Assembly (NCBI GenBank): GCA_044224905.1
Contig: JBGAJN010000001.1
Location: 204,705-268,704, forward strand
DNA length: 64,000 bases
Direction of reading: 5' to 3'
Source: Limisphaerales bacterium
GTDB taxonomy: Bacteria > Verrucomicrobiota > Verrucomicrobiia > Limisphaerales > JBGAJN01
Part shown: piece after piece, positions 41,304 through 50,753 of the stretch
How positions within the stretch are numbered: the stretch's first letter is position 1
Layout of the letters: the number at the start of each line of letters is the position of its first letter
Made by a program: the position numbers and the translations under genes
The notes under the pieces: model-generated
Databases searched by the model: none
The model's input: the letters and a program-made list of their open reading frames with translations, nothing else
Told to the model about the DNA's origin: nothing

Positions 41304-41837
41304 ATGCCCGTAAACAACCGCCTGCTCGACGAAACTGGAATCCAACGCGCCCTGACACGCATCGCGCACGAAATCGTCGAGCGTAATGACGCCAGCCGCG
41401 ACGTCGTCATCGTCGGCATTCCGCGCGGCGGCACGCACCTCGCCAAGCGCATAGTGGAGATTCTCGGCACCATCTGGGGCCACCCCGTGCCAGTTGGTTC
41501 GCTCGATGTGGCGATGCATCGCGATGATCTGAGCGATCACGCCGCACCAACGGTTTATCCCACCGAGATGCCATTCGACGTCACGGGCAAGACAGTGATC
41601 CTCGTGGACGACGTGTTGTTCAGCGGACGCACCACGCGAGCCGCTCTCGATGCGCTCAACGATTTCGGCCGGCCCAAGCGCGTGCAACTCGCGGTGTTGA
41701 TCGACCGCGCGCATCGCGAGCTGCCCATCAAGGCGGATTTCGTCGGCAAGAATGTTCCCACCGCGCGCAACGAACGCGTGGAAGTGAGCTTGAAAGAAGA
41801 CGGCGGCAACGACTGCGTAACGCTCGAGAAACCATGA
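41304..41837 (+). CDS. pyrR: Bifunctional pyrimidine operon regulator / uracil phosphoribosyltransferase PyrR
   Basis: '[15 protein letters not shown]' and the PRPP motif '[18 protein letters not shown]'. 177 aa. Confidence 0.95.
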   Translation: MPVNNRLLDETGIQRALTRIAHEIVERNDASRDVVIVGIPRGGTHLAKRIVEILGTIWGHPVPVGSLDVAMHRDDLSDHAAPTVYPTEMPFDVTGKTVILVDDVLFSGRTTRAALDALNDFGRPKRVQLAVLIDRAHRELPIKADFVGKNVPTARNERVEVSLKEDGGNDCVTLEKP

Positions 41838-42775
41838 CCTGGCAACGCAAACACCTGCTCGATATCGAGTCGCTCTCGACCCAGGAAATCATGACCGTGC
41901 TCGACACGGCCATGGCCTTCAAAGGCGTCGGCGAACGCGCGATCAAGAAAACCCCGGCCCTGCGCGGCAAGACCGTGGTGAACCTGTTCATCGAACCTTC
42001 CACGCGCACGCGCATCAGCTTCGAACTCGCCGCGCAACGTTTGAGCGCCGACGTGATCAACTTCACTGCCGAGGCGTCGTCGCTGAAAAAAGGCGAAACG
42101 CTCAAAGATACGGCGAAGAACCTCGAGGCGTTGAACGCGGACATCATCATCATCCGCCACAGCGCCACGGGAGCGCCGCACTTTCTCTCGCGCTTTCTTG
42201 ATTCCAGCGTGGTCAACGCCGGCGATGGTGCGCACGAACATCCCACGCAGGCCTTGCTCGACGCGTTCACGATTCGCGAACGCAAAGGCAAGATCGCCGG
42301 ACTGAAAGTCACCATTCTCGGTGACATTCTCTTCAGCCGCGTCGCGCGTTCGAACATTTGGGCGCTCACCAAACTCGGCGCCCAAGTCACGCTCTGCGGT
42401 CCGTCCACGCTCGTGCCGCGCGTGTTCGAACAGATGGGCTGCCGCGTCACCTACAACGTCGATGAAGCCATTGCCGACGCGGACATCATCCACCTGCTTC
42501 GCATTCAGCACGAACGTCAGCGCAAGACGATGTTCCCCAGCATCGGCGAGTACGCCACGCTCTTCGGTCTCACGCGCGCGCGTCTCGAGCGCACCAAGCC
42601 AGACGCGCTCATCATGCATCCCGGCCCGATCAATCGCGGCGTGGAAATCGACAGCGACATCGCCGACGGCGCGCGTTCCCTGATTCTCGATCAAGTCACC
42701 AACGGCCTCGCCGTGCGCATGGCTGTGTTGTTCCTGATCAATGGTGGGAAGATGCCGGCTGAACCGTCCGCCTGA
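41834..42775 (+). CDS. pyrB: Aspartate carbamoyltransferase catalytic subunit
   Basis: ATGA overlap with pyrR. '[19 protein letters not shown]', 'IIRH' and 'HPTQALLD', plus '[12 protein letters not shown]'. Confidence 0.95.
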   Translation: MTWQRKHLLDIESLSTQEIMTVLDTAMAFKGVGERAIKKTPALRGKTVVNLFIEPSTRTRISFELAAQRLSADVINFTAEASSLKKGETLKDTAKNLEALNADIIIIRHSATGAPHFLSRFLDSSVVNAGDGAHEHPTQALLDAFTIRERKGKIAGLKVTILGDILFSRVARSNIWALTKLGAQVTLCGPSTLVPRVFEQMGCRVTYNVDEAIADADIIHLLRIQHERQRKTMFPSIGEYATLFGLTRARLERTKPDALIMHPGPINRGVEIDSDIADGARSLILDQVTNGLAVRMAVLFLINGGKMPAEPSA

Positions 42776-42838
42776 CCAGAAGACGACCGCGCTCATTTTT
42801 CGGCTGCCAAACTCCGCCGGGGCACTCATGCTCTCACC

Positions 42839-43588
42839 ATGAGCACCTGCGCCGGCTCCATCATCGGCTGGAGCGCCATATTCTTGTCGATCACGACGTG
42901 GACACTTCACGCTGATTTGGCGATCACCAACGGTGCCTCTGAAGGAGTCGGATATGTCAACGGCGCCGCAGCCTTCACTTTCACTCCGGTTACAAATCTG
43001 GCCGTCACCAGCGTCGGGTATAACAACCTTAGCGTTTCTAATCCGGTGATCCGCTTTTGGTCCGACACCAACTTCATTTTCGCCACGTTTCCACTGACAA
43101 CGTCCGTCAGCAATGGCGCGATGGTTTACAGCAATGTGCAAATCACTTTGTTGGCCGGGCGGCGCTACAGTATCAGCGTGCAAGACGGATCAAACTTTCC
43201 ATCCGCAGCGATGCTGCTGGCTTTCCACAACACCAACCAATTCCGCCCGACGTCTTTGCTCTCCAATTACGTCGGCGCCACCATTATTTCCAACGGTGTG
43301 TTTTCCGGTCAGACCTCGAACTATTATTATCGCGGTCCGAATTTCACATTTCAGGCACAGGGCACCGCGCTCGATGTTCCGCAACTAAACATCGTCCGCG
43401 GAACCGGTGATAGTGTGATTCTGGAATGGGCCGCTTCCCCGGCTGGCTGGGTCGTGCAGCAGCGGACCAACTTGGCGAATTCGAACTGGACGTTGCTCAC
43501 CAACGCGCCCGCTGTGGTTTCCGGTATCAACCGCGTGACGATTACACCCCTAGCGACCAACCGCATTTACCAGCTCGTTCACCCCTGA
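42839..43588 (+). CDS. Secreted hypothetical protein (jelly-roll-like N-domain plus the shared C-terminal module)
   Basis: Signal-like N-terminus 'WSAIFLSITTWTLHA'. The C-terminal ~68 aa 'LNIVRGTGDSVILEWAASPAGWVVQQRTNLANSNWTLL...NRIYQLVHP' is related to the C-terminus of the IPT/TIG protein. Confidence 0.55.
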   Translation: MSTCAGSIIGWSAIFLSITTWTLHADLAITNGASEGVGYVNGAAAFTFTPVTNLAVTSVGYNNLSVSNPVIRFWSDTNFIFATFPLTTSVSNGAMVYSNVQITLLAGRRYSISVQDGSNFPSAAMLLAFHNTNQFRPTSLLSNYVGATIISNGVFSGQTSNYYYRGPNFTFQAQGTALDVPQLNIVRGTGDSVILEWAASPAGWVVQQRTNLANSNWTLLTNAPAVVSGINRVTITPLATNRIYQLVHP

Positions 43589-43660
43589 ACAGATGCGCTT
43601 CGGGTGATGGCGGCGCTTTTCATCTTCTCATTGGCACCGGGATTGGCTAAAGCACCTGCT

Positions 43661-44374
43661 ATGAAATCCTTCCTCGCTCCCTTCCTGGCCTCATTGGCTG
43701 CCACCGTCGCATTCGCCGCTGAACCGGCAGGCTATTACAGCCGCACAATTTTCGCGGATGACTTTTCCAGCAACGCCTTCGGCCCGCGCTGGGGTCACTA
43801 CAAAAGCAGCAGCGTGGTGAAAGACGGCATGCTCATTGGCATCACCGCACCGACTTCCGACCACTCCGCGGTGGACAACATCAAGTTCCCCGGCGAACGC
43901 GATCTCGAAGTGTCGGTGAAGTTCCGCTTCATGAGCGACAAGGCGAAGAGCTTCAACGTCTGGTTCGATGACAAGGATTACAAAGGCTCGCACGCTGGCC
44001 ACATCTGCCAGGCCAGCATCGCTCCGACGAGCGTCAACCTCTCCGATGCCAAGACCGGCGGCTTTGATCTCACCGGCGGACTCTACGACCGGAAGAAGGA
44101 GAACAAGCTCACCGACGCCGAGAAGAAAATGCTCGCCTCGAAGGCCAAACGCTTCGATGCGAAGCTCAGCCTCAAAGATTGGCACACGCTCGTCGTGCGC
44201 ACAAAGGGCGATGAACTCAGCGTCATCATCGATGGCAAACCCGTCGGCTCGTTCCAGTCCGCCGGCATCTCCCACGCTACCAAATCACTCGTCAGTCTCA
44301 CGACCAATCCCGTGGACGTGCACTACGACGATTTCAGCATCAAGGGCACCGGCCAAGCCTCGGCCAAGCGCTAA
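43661..44374 (+). CDS. Secreted concanavalin-A-like lectin/glucanase-fold protein (DUF1080-like)
   Basis: The start is set at ATG 43661 (MKSFLAPFLASLAATVAFAAEP). 'FADDFSS...W', 'LEVSVKFRF' and 'WHTLVVRTKGDELSVIIDGKPV' form a jelly-roll pattern. Confidence 0.55.
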   Translation: MKSFLAPFLASLAATVAFAAEPAGYYSRTIFADDFSSNAFGPRWGHYKSSSVVKDGMLIGITAPTSDHSAVDNIKFPGERDLEVSVKFRFMSDKAKSFNVWFDDKDYKGSHAGHICQASIAPTSVNLSDAKTGGFDLTGGLYDRKKENKLTDAEKKMLASKAKRFDAKLSLKDWHTLVVRTKGDELSVIIDGKPVGSFQSAGISHATKSLVSLTTNPVDVHYDDFSIKGTGQASAKR

Positions 44375-44406
44375 TGTCTGGCTGCTGACCTCGATCCGAT
44401 TTCGCT

Positions 44407-44979
44407 ATGAGTCCGTCGCCGTCTCCCGGTGTCATCGCCGCGGAGACGGCAATTTCTTATGGAGCAGACGCGACTGACTGGATCGAGACGGAACGCACGC
44501 GGATGCGCCCGTTCGAAGCAGCGGACGCTGAAGAAGCATTCAGCTGGTTCTCCGACGTGGAGGTAATGAAGTTCATTCCCGGCGGACCCGATGCGACGCT
44601 GGAGGAAACGAACCAACGAATCGCCCGCTACCGCCAACATCAGGAGCGATTCGGCTTCAGCAAGCGGCTCATCATTCACCGCGAATCCGGCAGGGCGATC
44701 GGCGATTCCGGATTGTTTCACTTGCCGGACGGTAAACGGATTGAACTGGGATTTCGGCTCGCGCGTTTGTATTGGGGAGCGGGCTACGCCGCTGAAGTGG
44801 GCCGCGCTTGGTTGCGTTGGTTCGATGAACATTTTCCCAGTGAGGGATTGTTCGCGGACGTTCACCCGGATCACACCCGTTCGCAAAGCATTCTCTCCAA
44901 CCTCGGATTTCAGCGCTCGCACTCCGAATCGGTTTTCGGCATGCAAATGCTGATCTTCTCACGTCGCCCATCGTTATGA
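44407..44979 (+). CDS. GNAT family N-acetyltransferase (RimJ/RimL-like)
   Basis: 'TERTRMRPFEAADAEEAFSW' and 'IELGFRLARLYWGAGYAAEVGRAWL'. Confidence 0.85.
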   Translation: MSPSPSPGVIAAETAISYGADATDWIETERTRMRPFEAADAEEAFSWFSDVEVMKFIPGGPDATLEETNQRIARYRQHQERFGFSKRLIIHRESGRAIGDSGLFHLPDGKRIELGFRLARLYWGAGYAAEVGRAWLRWFDEHFPSEGLFADVHPDHTRSQSILSNLGFQRSHSESVFGMQMLIFSRRPSL

Positions 44980-46232
44980 AAAAATCCGCATTCTCCCGCC
45001 GCGACTTTCTCCGCCTCGGCACTGCCGGCGCCGCGCTGGCGGCGGCTGCGCCCGCAGTCGTCACGACCGAGGCAGTCGCCGCCGCGGCCGCGAAAGCAGC
45101 GAAGAAGAAAGCCGGTCCCGTGTGCGAAACCGGCGGCTGTTGCATCACGCAGTCCGGCGATTTCTACAACGTCGAACGCGGCAACCCGATCCCGTACCAG
45201 CAGCCCATCAAAAAGCTCCGCGAGATCGGCATGGTGCGCGAAACGTGGCAGCTCGAAATCATCGCTGACCCGGCCAGCAATTCAAAGATCGAGCGCCCAC
45301 TGCTCAAAGCCAACGGCACCGCCCTCACCTTCGACCGGCTAATGGAGATCGCGAAGACCAAGGCGACCAGTTACTTCAAGGTCATCACGTGCAACAACCT
45401 CTCCGACCCGCTCGGGCACGGGCTATGGGAAGGTGTGCCGTTGCGCGACGTGCTCTGGCTCGCCGGCCCGGTCGAGAACCTGCGCCACGTTTATTACTAC
45501 GGCCATCACAACGAAGACCCGAAGCAGATCTTCAAGTGTTACCTGCCGATGAACCGAGTCTTTGAGGAACCGCCCGGCGAACTGCCCGTGCTGCTTTGCT
45601 ACAAACTCAACGGCGAATTCCTCACCGGCGAACGCGGCGGTCCCGTGCGCATGATCGTGCCCGAAGCGTATGGGTTCAAATCCGTGAAGTGGCTCCAGCG
45701 CCTCGTCTTCACCAACGCGCACCAGTCCGACGACACTTACGCCAACGGCAACAACGACACGAACAGCTGGCTGAAAACCTTCGCGCGCTTCGCCGCCTTG
45801 CCCGAGCAGATCAAGGCCGGCGAACCGCTCGCGATCCACGGCAACGCACAGGTCGGCGTCTCCGGTCTCACGAAGGTGCAATACTGGCTGCGCAAAACCA
45901 GCGAACCGCTGCCGGCCAAGGATCCCCATTTCACCAAGGCGCCGTGGCAGGACGCGCAGATCGCGCCGTTCGATCCCGACGCGATCAAAGGCTTCGGCAA
46001 CGCGAAGCTGCACCCCGTGCAGTTCGATCCGAAGACTAGGCAGCCGCGCGAATGGCCGCTCCGCTACACGCTCTGCCGCTGGACCGCGGACTCGCGCACG
46101 CTCACGCCTGGCACCTACGAACTCCGCTGCCGCACCATCGACCATGGCGGCTACGCGCAGCCGATGCCGCGCCCGTTCCCCAAGTCGGGGAAGAATCAAA
46201 TCCAAGTGGTGAAGGTGGAAGTCGTCGCATAA
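44976..46232 (+). CDS. Tat-exported molybdopterin-dependent oxidoreductase (sulfite-oxidase / MsrP-like fold)
   Basis: ATGA overlap with the upstream gene. Twin-arginine signal 'SRRDFLRLGTAGAALAAAAP'. 'GPVRMIVPEAYGFKSVKWLQRLVFTN' is typical of the Mo-binding domain. Confidence 0.75.
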   Translation: MKKSAFSRRDFLRLGTAGAALAAAAPAVVTTEAVAAAAAKAAKKKAGPVCETGGCCITQSGDFYNVERGNPIPYQQPIKKLREIGMVRETWQLEIIADPASNSKIERPLLKANGTALTFDRLMEIAKTKATSYFKVITCNNLSDPLGHGLWEGVPLRDVLWLAGPVENLRHVYYYGHHNEDPKQIFKCYLPMNRVFEEPPGELPVLLCYKLNGEFLTGERGGPVRMIVPEAYGFKSVKWLQRLVFTNAHQSDDTYANGNNDTNSWLKTFARFAALPEQIKAGEPLAIHGNAQVGVSGLTKVQYWLRKTSEPLPAKDPHFTKAPWQDAQIAPFDPDAIKGFGNAKLHPVQFDPKTRQPREWPLRYTLCRWTADSRTLTPGTYELRCRTIDHGGYAQPMPRPFPKSGKNQIQVVKVEVVA

Positions 46233-46303
46233 CTCCGCGCGAGGCTGCCAGACCATCCGCAAATCGACTCGCCGAGTCATGGGGGCGCAAATATTCTCAC
46301 AGC

Positions 46304-47971
46304 GTGAAATCTATTCCGCTGGGCCTCATCGCACGAACCGGCCGCGCCGTCGCATTCTTTGCGCTCGCTCTTGCGCTCAACACACCCGCCTTCGCCGATG
46401 ACACTGCCAAGCTCGCCACGCTTCTCGCCCCAGCGATTGAGCACGGCGGCGCGGTGACCATTCCGCCGGGGGATTACGAAGTCGAAGGCACGACGCCGCT
46501 GACGATCGCCTCGCACACGACGGTCTCCGCCTACGGTGCGCGGTTTCATTTGCCCAAAACGCTCGGCGATAAAGCGCGGGTCGTTTGGTTCGCGGGGACG
46601 AACGTGACCGACTTCCGCTGGTTCGGCGGCCATTTCACCGGACACGTGTTTGATCCGTCAAAAGCGGAGAACACGTGGGAGCCGAACGCAAACACGCGCG
46701 CTATTTTGATCACCACCACGCCGGGCGGGCGCACGGAGAATCTGACCTTCCGCGACGTCACTTCCGACGGACTCGCCGGCGCGGCCATCACGGTGCTCGG
46801 CGCGGAGAAGCCCAAGAGCGATCGCGACGTGCTGACCTTCGCGCGCAACGTGACGGTGGAAAACTGCACGCTGGAGCGCAGCGGGAAGTTCATGTGGGAC
46901 TACGGCTACCTGTGGCAGATCACCGTGTGGCCGGAGGATTACAACGACGCTGAACGCGCCATGGCGGCGAAATATTTCCGCAACGACCTCGTCCGCGGTC
47001 CGCTTCGCATGGCGGCGGGTGACGATCGCGTGTTCGTCCAAAGCTCGAAGCCGATCGCCGTGTCCAAGCCGCGCGAAGGCAAGGACGCGACGCGCGGCGC
47101 AGATTCGATCTGTTTCTTCGGCGACGCGTTGCCAACGAATCTCGTGCGCGGCAAACAATACTTCGTCGTCGAGAGCACGCACGAGTTCATCCGCATTGCC
47201 GAAAGGCCGGAAGGTGCACCGATCCGTTTCGCCACGGCGGCCGGACCGAATGCGAAACTTGTCGGCCCGCTGTTCCACGCGACGTCGGGCCTCTACGCGC
47301 CCACCGGCAGCGGTCCCGGCAAGGGCGCGATGGATCTCGTCGGTTGCGAGAAGGTAATCGTGCGCGGCTGCCGGTTCAGCGCACTGGGCGACACGATGCA
47401 CATTCAGAAAAGCCGCGGCGTCATCTTCGCCAACAATCACATCACCGGCTCGCGCATGGGCGCGTTCTTCCTCGCCGAGTTTTGCAAAGACGCCACGATC
47501 ACGGGCAACACCATCGACGGCTCGAACGGCTCGCGCGTGATGAGCGTGGAGAAATCCTGCGAGGACGTGACGATCGTGGGAAACACGTTCCGCAACGGCG
47601 GGCGCGGTTCGTGGATCAATCAGCCGCGCAACTTCGTCCTCGCGGACAATGTCTTCGTGAACAACACCACCAAGTGCGAGCGCGATCCGCATCGCGGTCG
47701 CCGCAGTTTCGTCACCGCCGATTACGAGCGCTACGCCGAGGTGTATTTCACGACGTATGAACCGGACGGTCGCTATGGCAACGTCACGGTGCGCGGAAAC
47801 ATTTTCACCAGCGGCGCCCAAGCAGACCACGCGATCACGTTCGCTCCCGCCGGCGACAACATCCTGGTCACCGACAATATTTTCAACGGCGCCGTGCGCG
47901 ACATTCCGCCTGTGACTGGTTGCGAGAACGTGACGATCCGCAACAACGTCGGGCTGCAAGCGAATCCCTGA
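46304..47971 (+). CDS. Secreted right-handed parallel beta-helix (pectin-lyase-fold) protein
   Basis: A GTG at 46304 gives 'VKSIPLGLIARTGRAVAFFALALALNTPAFA'. There are repeated 'V-x-V-x-N-C/N', 'I-T-G-N-T-I' and 'VRGNIF' coils. The start is uncertain. Confidence 0.65.
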   Translation: MKSIPLGLIARTGRAVAFFALALALNTPAFADDTAKLATLLAPAIEHGGAVTIPPGDYEVEGTTPLTIASHTTVSAYGARFHLPKTLGDKARVVWFAGTNVTDFRWFGGHFTGHVFDPSKAENTWEPNANTRAILITTTPGGRTENLTFRDVTSDGLAGAAITVLGAEKPKSDRDVLTFARNVTVENCTLERSGKFMWDYGYLWQITVWPEDYNDAERAMAAKYFRNDLVRGPLRMAAGDDRVFVQSSKPIAVSKPREGKDATRGADSICFFGDALPTNLVRGKQYFVVESTHEFIRIAERPEGAPIRFATAAGPNAKLVGPLFHATSGLYAPTGSGPGKGAMDLVGCEKVIVRGCRFSALGDTMHIQKSRGVIFANNHITGSRMGAFFLAEFCKDATITGNTIDGSNGSRVMSVEKSCEDVTIVGNTFRNGGRGSWINQPRNFVLADNVFVNNTTKCERDPHRGRRSFVTADYERYAEVYFTTYEPDGRYGNVTVRGNIFTSGAQADHAITFAPAGDNILVTDNIFNGAVRDIPPVTGCENVTIRNNVGLQANP

Positions 47972-47988
47972 TTTCCCGATCTAAGCCT

Positions 47989-49284
47989 ATGAAAACCATC
48001 CAAACTGACGTCCTCGTCTGTGGCGGCGGCTGCGCCGGCATCGCGGCGGCGCTTTCGTCTGCACGCAATGGCGCGAAGACTTTGCTCGTCGAACGCGCGG
48101 GCTTTTCCGGGGGCATCATCACCACGGTCGGGCTGCCGTATTTCGACGGGCTCATTGACAAGCCGAGCGGGCGGTTCGTCGTGAAGGGCATCGCGCTGGA
48201 GTTGCTGCAGAAGCTCGGCGTGGCAAAAGTTGGCGCGAAGCACATCGACGACCTCCGGCCTGAACTCATCACGAAGTATTGGGGCAGCGTGTGGATCCCC
48301 AACGTCGAGGAGTTCAAGCTGCTGAGCGACGAACTCATCCTGAAACACCGCGACCTTCTGACGGTGCTCTATCACAGCGTCGCCTGCGATGTGGAGGTGA
48401 AGGGGGGCCGCGTCGCCGCCGTGACCATCGCGAACAAGGACGGGCTCACGCGCATCGAGGCGCGGCAGGTCATCGACGCCACGGGCGATGGCGACATCGC
48501 GCATTGGGCCGGTTGCCCGACCATCAAATCCACCCCGCTCATGCCACTGACGATGCATTTCCGCATCGGCAATGTGGTGCCCGTGAAAGAGACGAAGGAC
48601 GCGGCGAAGAAGGTGCTCATCGAGGCGCACAAGGAAGGCCGACTGCCAAATTTTTACGGACCAGGACTCATGTTCGCCTTCGCGAAAGACGAGGTCTATG
48701 TCCATGCCACGCGCATCCCCGCCGATGCGACCGATGCGGCCGATTTCACCCGCGCGGAGATTCAAGGCCGCAAGGATGCGTGGACCATTTTCAAGGAATG
48801 GAAGACGAAGGTGCCCGGTTTTGAAAACAGCTACTACATCATGAGCGGTCCGTTCATTGGCGTTCGCGACACGCGGCGCATAGTGGGTCTGAATGTCCTC
48901 ACGCTCGACGACCTGCAAAAAACGACCCGCCACGACGACGCCATCGCCACCGGCTGCTGGTTCCTCGACATACATCCGCCCGAGACGACGACCGATAAGC
49001 CTTTCACCGGCTCCGGCTTTCAACCGAAGCCCTACGACATTAGCTATCGCACGCTTATTCCGCAGAAGGTGAGCAACCTCCTCGTCGCCGGTCGCTGCCA
49101 CAGCGCCAGCAGCGAGGCGAGTGCCTCCAGTCGCGTGACCGCGACGGCTATGGCGCTTGGCGAAGCCGCTGGAACGGCGGCGGCGCTGGTGGTTAAGGCG
49201 AAGACGGAGGTTGGCGTCTTCGACGGCCGCAAAGTGCGCGAGAAACTCACCAGCCAAAACGCCGGTCCCTTCACTGAAGCCTGA
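47989..49284 (+). CDS. FAD-dependent oxidoreductase (FAD_oxidored-type) with no signal peptide of its own
   Basis: The start is set at ATG 47989 (MKTIQTDVLVCGGGCAGIAAALSSARNGAKTLLVER dinucleotide-binding motif at the extreme N-terminus). Confidence 0.85.
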   Translation: MKTIQTDVLVCGGGCAGIAAALSSARNGAKTLLVERAGFSGGIITTVGLPYFDGLIDKPSGRFVVKGIALELLQKLGVAKVGAKHIDDLRPELITKYWGSVWIPNVEEFKLLSDELILKHRDLLTVLYHSVACDVEVKGGRVAAVTIANKDGLTRIEARQVIDATGDGDIAHWAGCPTIKSTPLMPLTMHFRIGNVVPVKETKDAAKKVLIEAHKEGRLPNFYGPGLMFAFAKDEVYVHATRIPADATDAADFTRAEIQGRKDAWTIFKEWKTKVPGFENSYYIMSGPFIGVRDTRRIVGLNVLTLDDLQKTTRHDDAIATGCWFLDIHPPETTTDKPFTGSGFQPKPYDISYRTLIPQKVSNLLVAGRCHSASSEASASSRVTATAMALGEAAGTAAALVVKAKTEVGVFDGRKVREKLTSQNAGPFTEA

Positions 49285-49285
49285 C

Positions 49286-49489
49286 ATGAAAGCAAACGAC
49301 AAATCTTCCCTGTCACAGACAGTCTCATTGACCCGCCGCGAAGCACTTCGCCGCGCTTTGACGTGCGGTCTCGCGGCCGCAGCCCTTCCCGCAGCAGCGA
49401 CCAGCAATGTTTTGCCAGCACCGGTCGAGCAGGAGTTTGTTCCGGAGAACGACTATCCTTATTTCGGCGCGGAGCCGTCTACGGACTGA
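49286..49489 (+). CDS. 67-aa mini-protein with a twin-arginine signal, probably a small subunit / export escort of the FAD oxidoreductase
   Basis: The ATG at 49286 lies 1 nt after the upstream TGA. 'LTRREALRRALTCGLAAAALPAAA' is Tat-like, and the mature part is only about 25 aa. Confidence 0.5.
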   Translation: MKANDKSSLSQTVSLTRREALRRALTCGLAAAALPAAATSNVLPAPVEQEFVPENDYPYFGAEPSTD

Positions 49490-50733
49490 TCTCGAGTTTT
49501 CTCCCGCTCACGCAGCCACGCGAGCGCACTGCGCGCGGCGCGATGGCCCGTGGCGAAACAACCTTGCATGAGATAGCCGCCAGTCGGCGCTTCCCAGTCG
49601 ATCATTTCGCCCGCGACAAAAACTCCCGGCAATCGCCGCAACATAAGTGCCGAGTCCACCTCGCTCCAGCGAACTCCACCCGCGGAGGAAATCGCCTCCG
49701 CCAAAGGTCGCGGCCCGGAGAGCCGTAGCTCGCAAGCTTTCGTCGTCGCCGCCAAAGCTTCGGCCGAAGTGAACGGCGCGTGGCCCGGCAGGTTTTCCAA
49801 AATGGCAAACGCCGCGTCGCTCAGCTTCCAGCGCGAACGCGCTTCCGCGAGAAAGTTGCGCGGGCAGTTGCCGAGTTTCCTGACGAGTTGGGCCGCGGTG
49901 TGAGCGGGTTTGAAATCGATGACGATCGCCGGTTCCGCCATTGCGCGCAGCGCCGGGCCGAGTTGGTAAATCGCGCCACCCTCAAGTCCGTAGCTCGTCA
50001 CGAGCAACTCGCCCACTGCGGTGACTTCGCCCGCACGGACGGTGACATTTTTCAAAGGCTTGCCTTCCGCTTGCGCGAGCACCGCGGGTGGCCACGGCAG
50101 TTCCCAACCGCAATTGGCGGAAGCGAACGCGGCGACAGAGACGCCCAGCTTTTCCAATCCCGGAATCCACGCGCCATCGGAACCGGTTTCCGGCCATGAC
50201 GCGCCGCCGACGGCAAGAATAACCGCGTCGGCTTCGACGGTCCGCGCTTCACCGTCGACTTGAAAATCAATCTCCCACCGCGCGCCGCGTCGCAGTCCGG
50301 TCCAACGATGGCGCAACGCGAAACGCACACCGGATTCGCGCAACCGATGCACCCAGCGACGCAACAACGGCGCCGCCTTGAGTTCGCGCGGATAGACGCG
50401 ACCACTTGTCGCCGCGAACGTTTCCACGCCCAACTCCGCGGCCCATTTCCGCAACGCATCGGCGTCGAAATCACGCAGGAGGGTTGCCCAGAATTCGGCT
50501 GGCTGATCCGAGCCCGTGTAGCGCGCAGCGAAAAGTTTCGCCGGCTCCGTGTGGGTGAGATTCAAACCTCCGCGACCCGCCACGAGAAACTTTCGCCCCA
50601 CCGAGGGCTTCGCATCAAAGAGCGTCACCGACGCGCCGCCCGCCACAGCTGTTTCGGCCGCACACAGCCCTGCCGGGCCACCGCCAATGATCGCGAGGTT
50701 GATGCCAAAGCGAATCAGAGTCCGCCGCGCCAA
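49459..50733 (-). CDS. HI0933/BaiN-like NAD(P)/FAD-dependent flavoprotein
   Basis: TTG start. 'LAIIGGGPAGLCAAE' and the C-terminal 'SAGGVRWSEVD...LPGVFVAGEMIDWEAPTGGYLMQGCFATG'. Confidence 0.85.
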   Translation of the reverse strand: MARRTLIRFGINLAIIGGGPAGLCAAETAVAGGASVTLFDAKPSVGRKFLVAGRGGLNLTHTEPAKLFAARYTGSDQPAEFWATLLRDFDADALRKWAAELGVETFAATSGRVYPRELKAAPLLRRWVHRLRESGVRFALRHRWTGLRRGARWEIDFQVDGEARTVEADAVILAVGGASWPETGSDGAWIPGLEKLGVSVAAFASANCGWELPWPPAVLAQAEGKPLKNVTVRAGEVTAVGELLVTSYGLEGGAIYQLGPALRAMAEPAIVIDFKPAHTAAQLVRKLGNCPRNFLAEARSRWKLSDAAFAILENLPGHAPFTSAEALAATTKACELRLSGPRPLAEAISSAGGVRWSEVDSALMLRRLPGVFVAGEMIDWEAPTGGYLMQGCFATGHRAARSALAWLREREKTRDQSVDGSAPK

Positions 50734-50753
50734 GCAACGTCGTTCAGTGGCGA

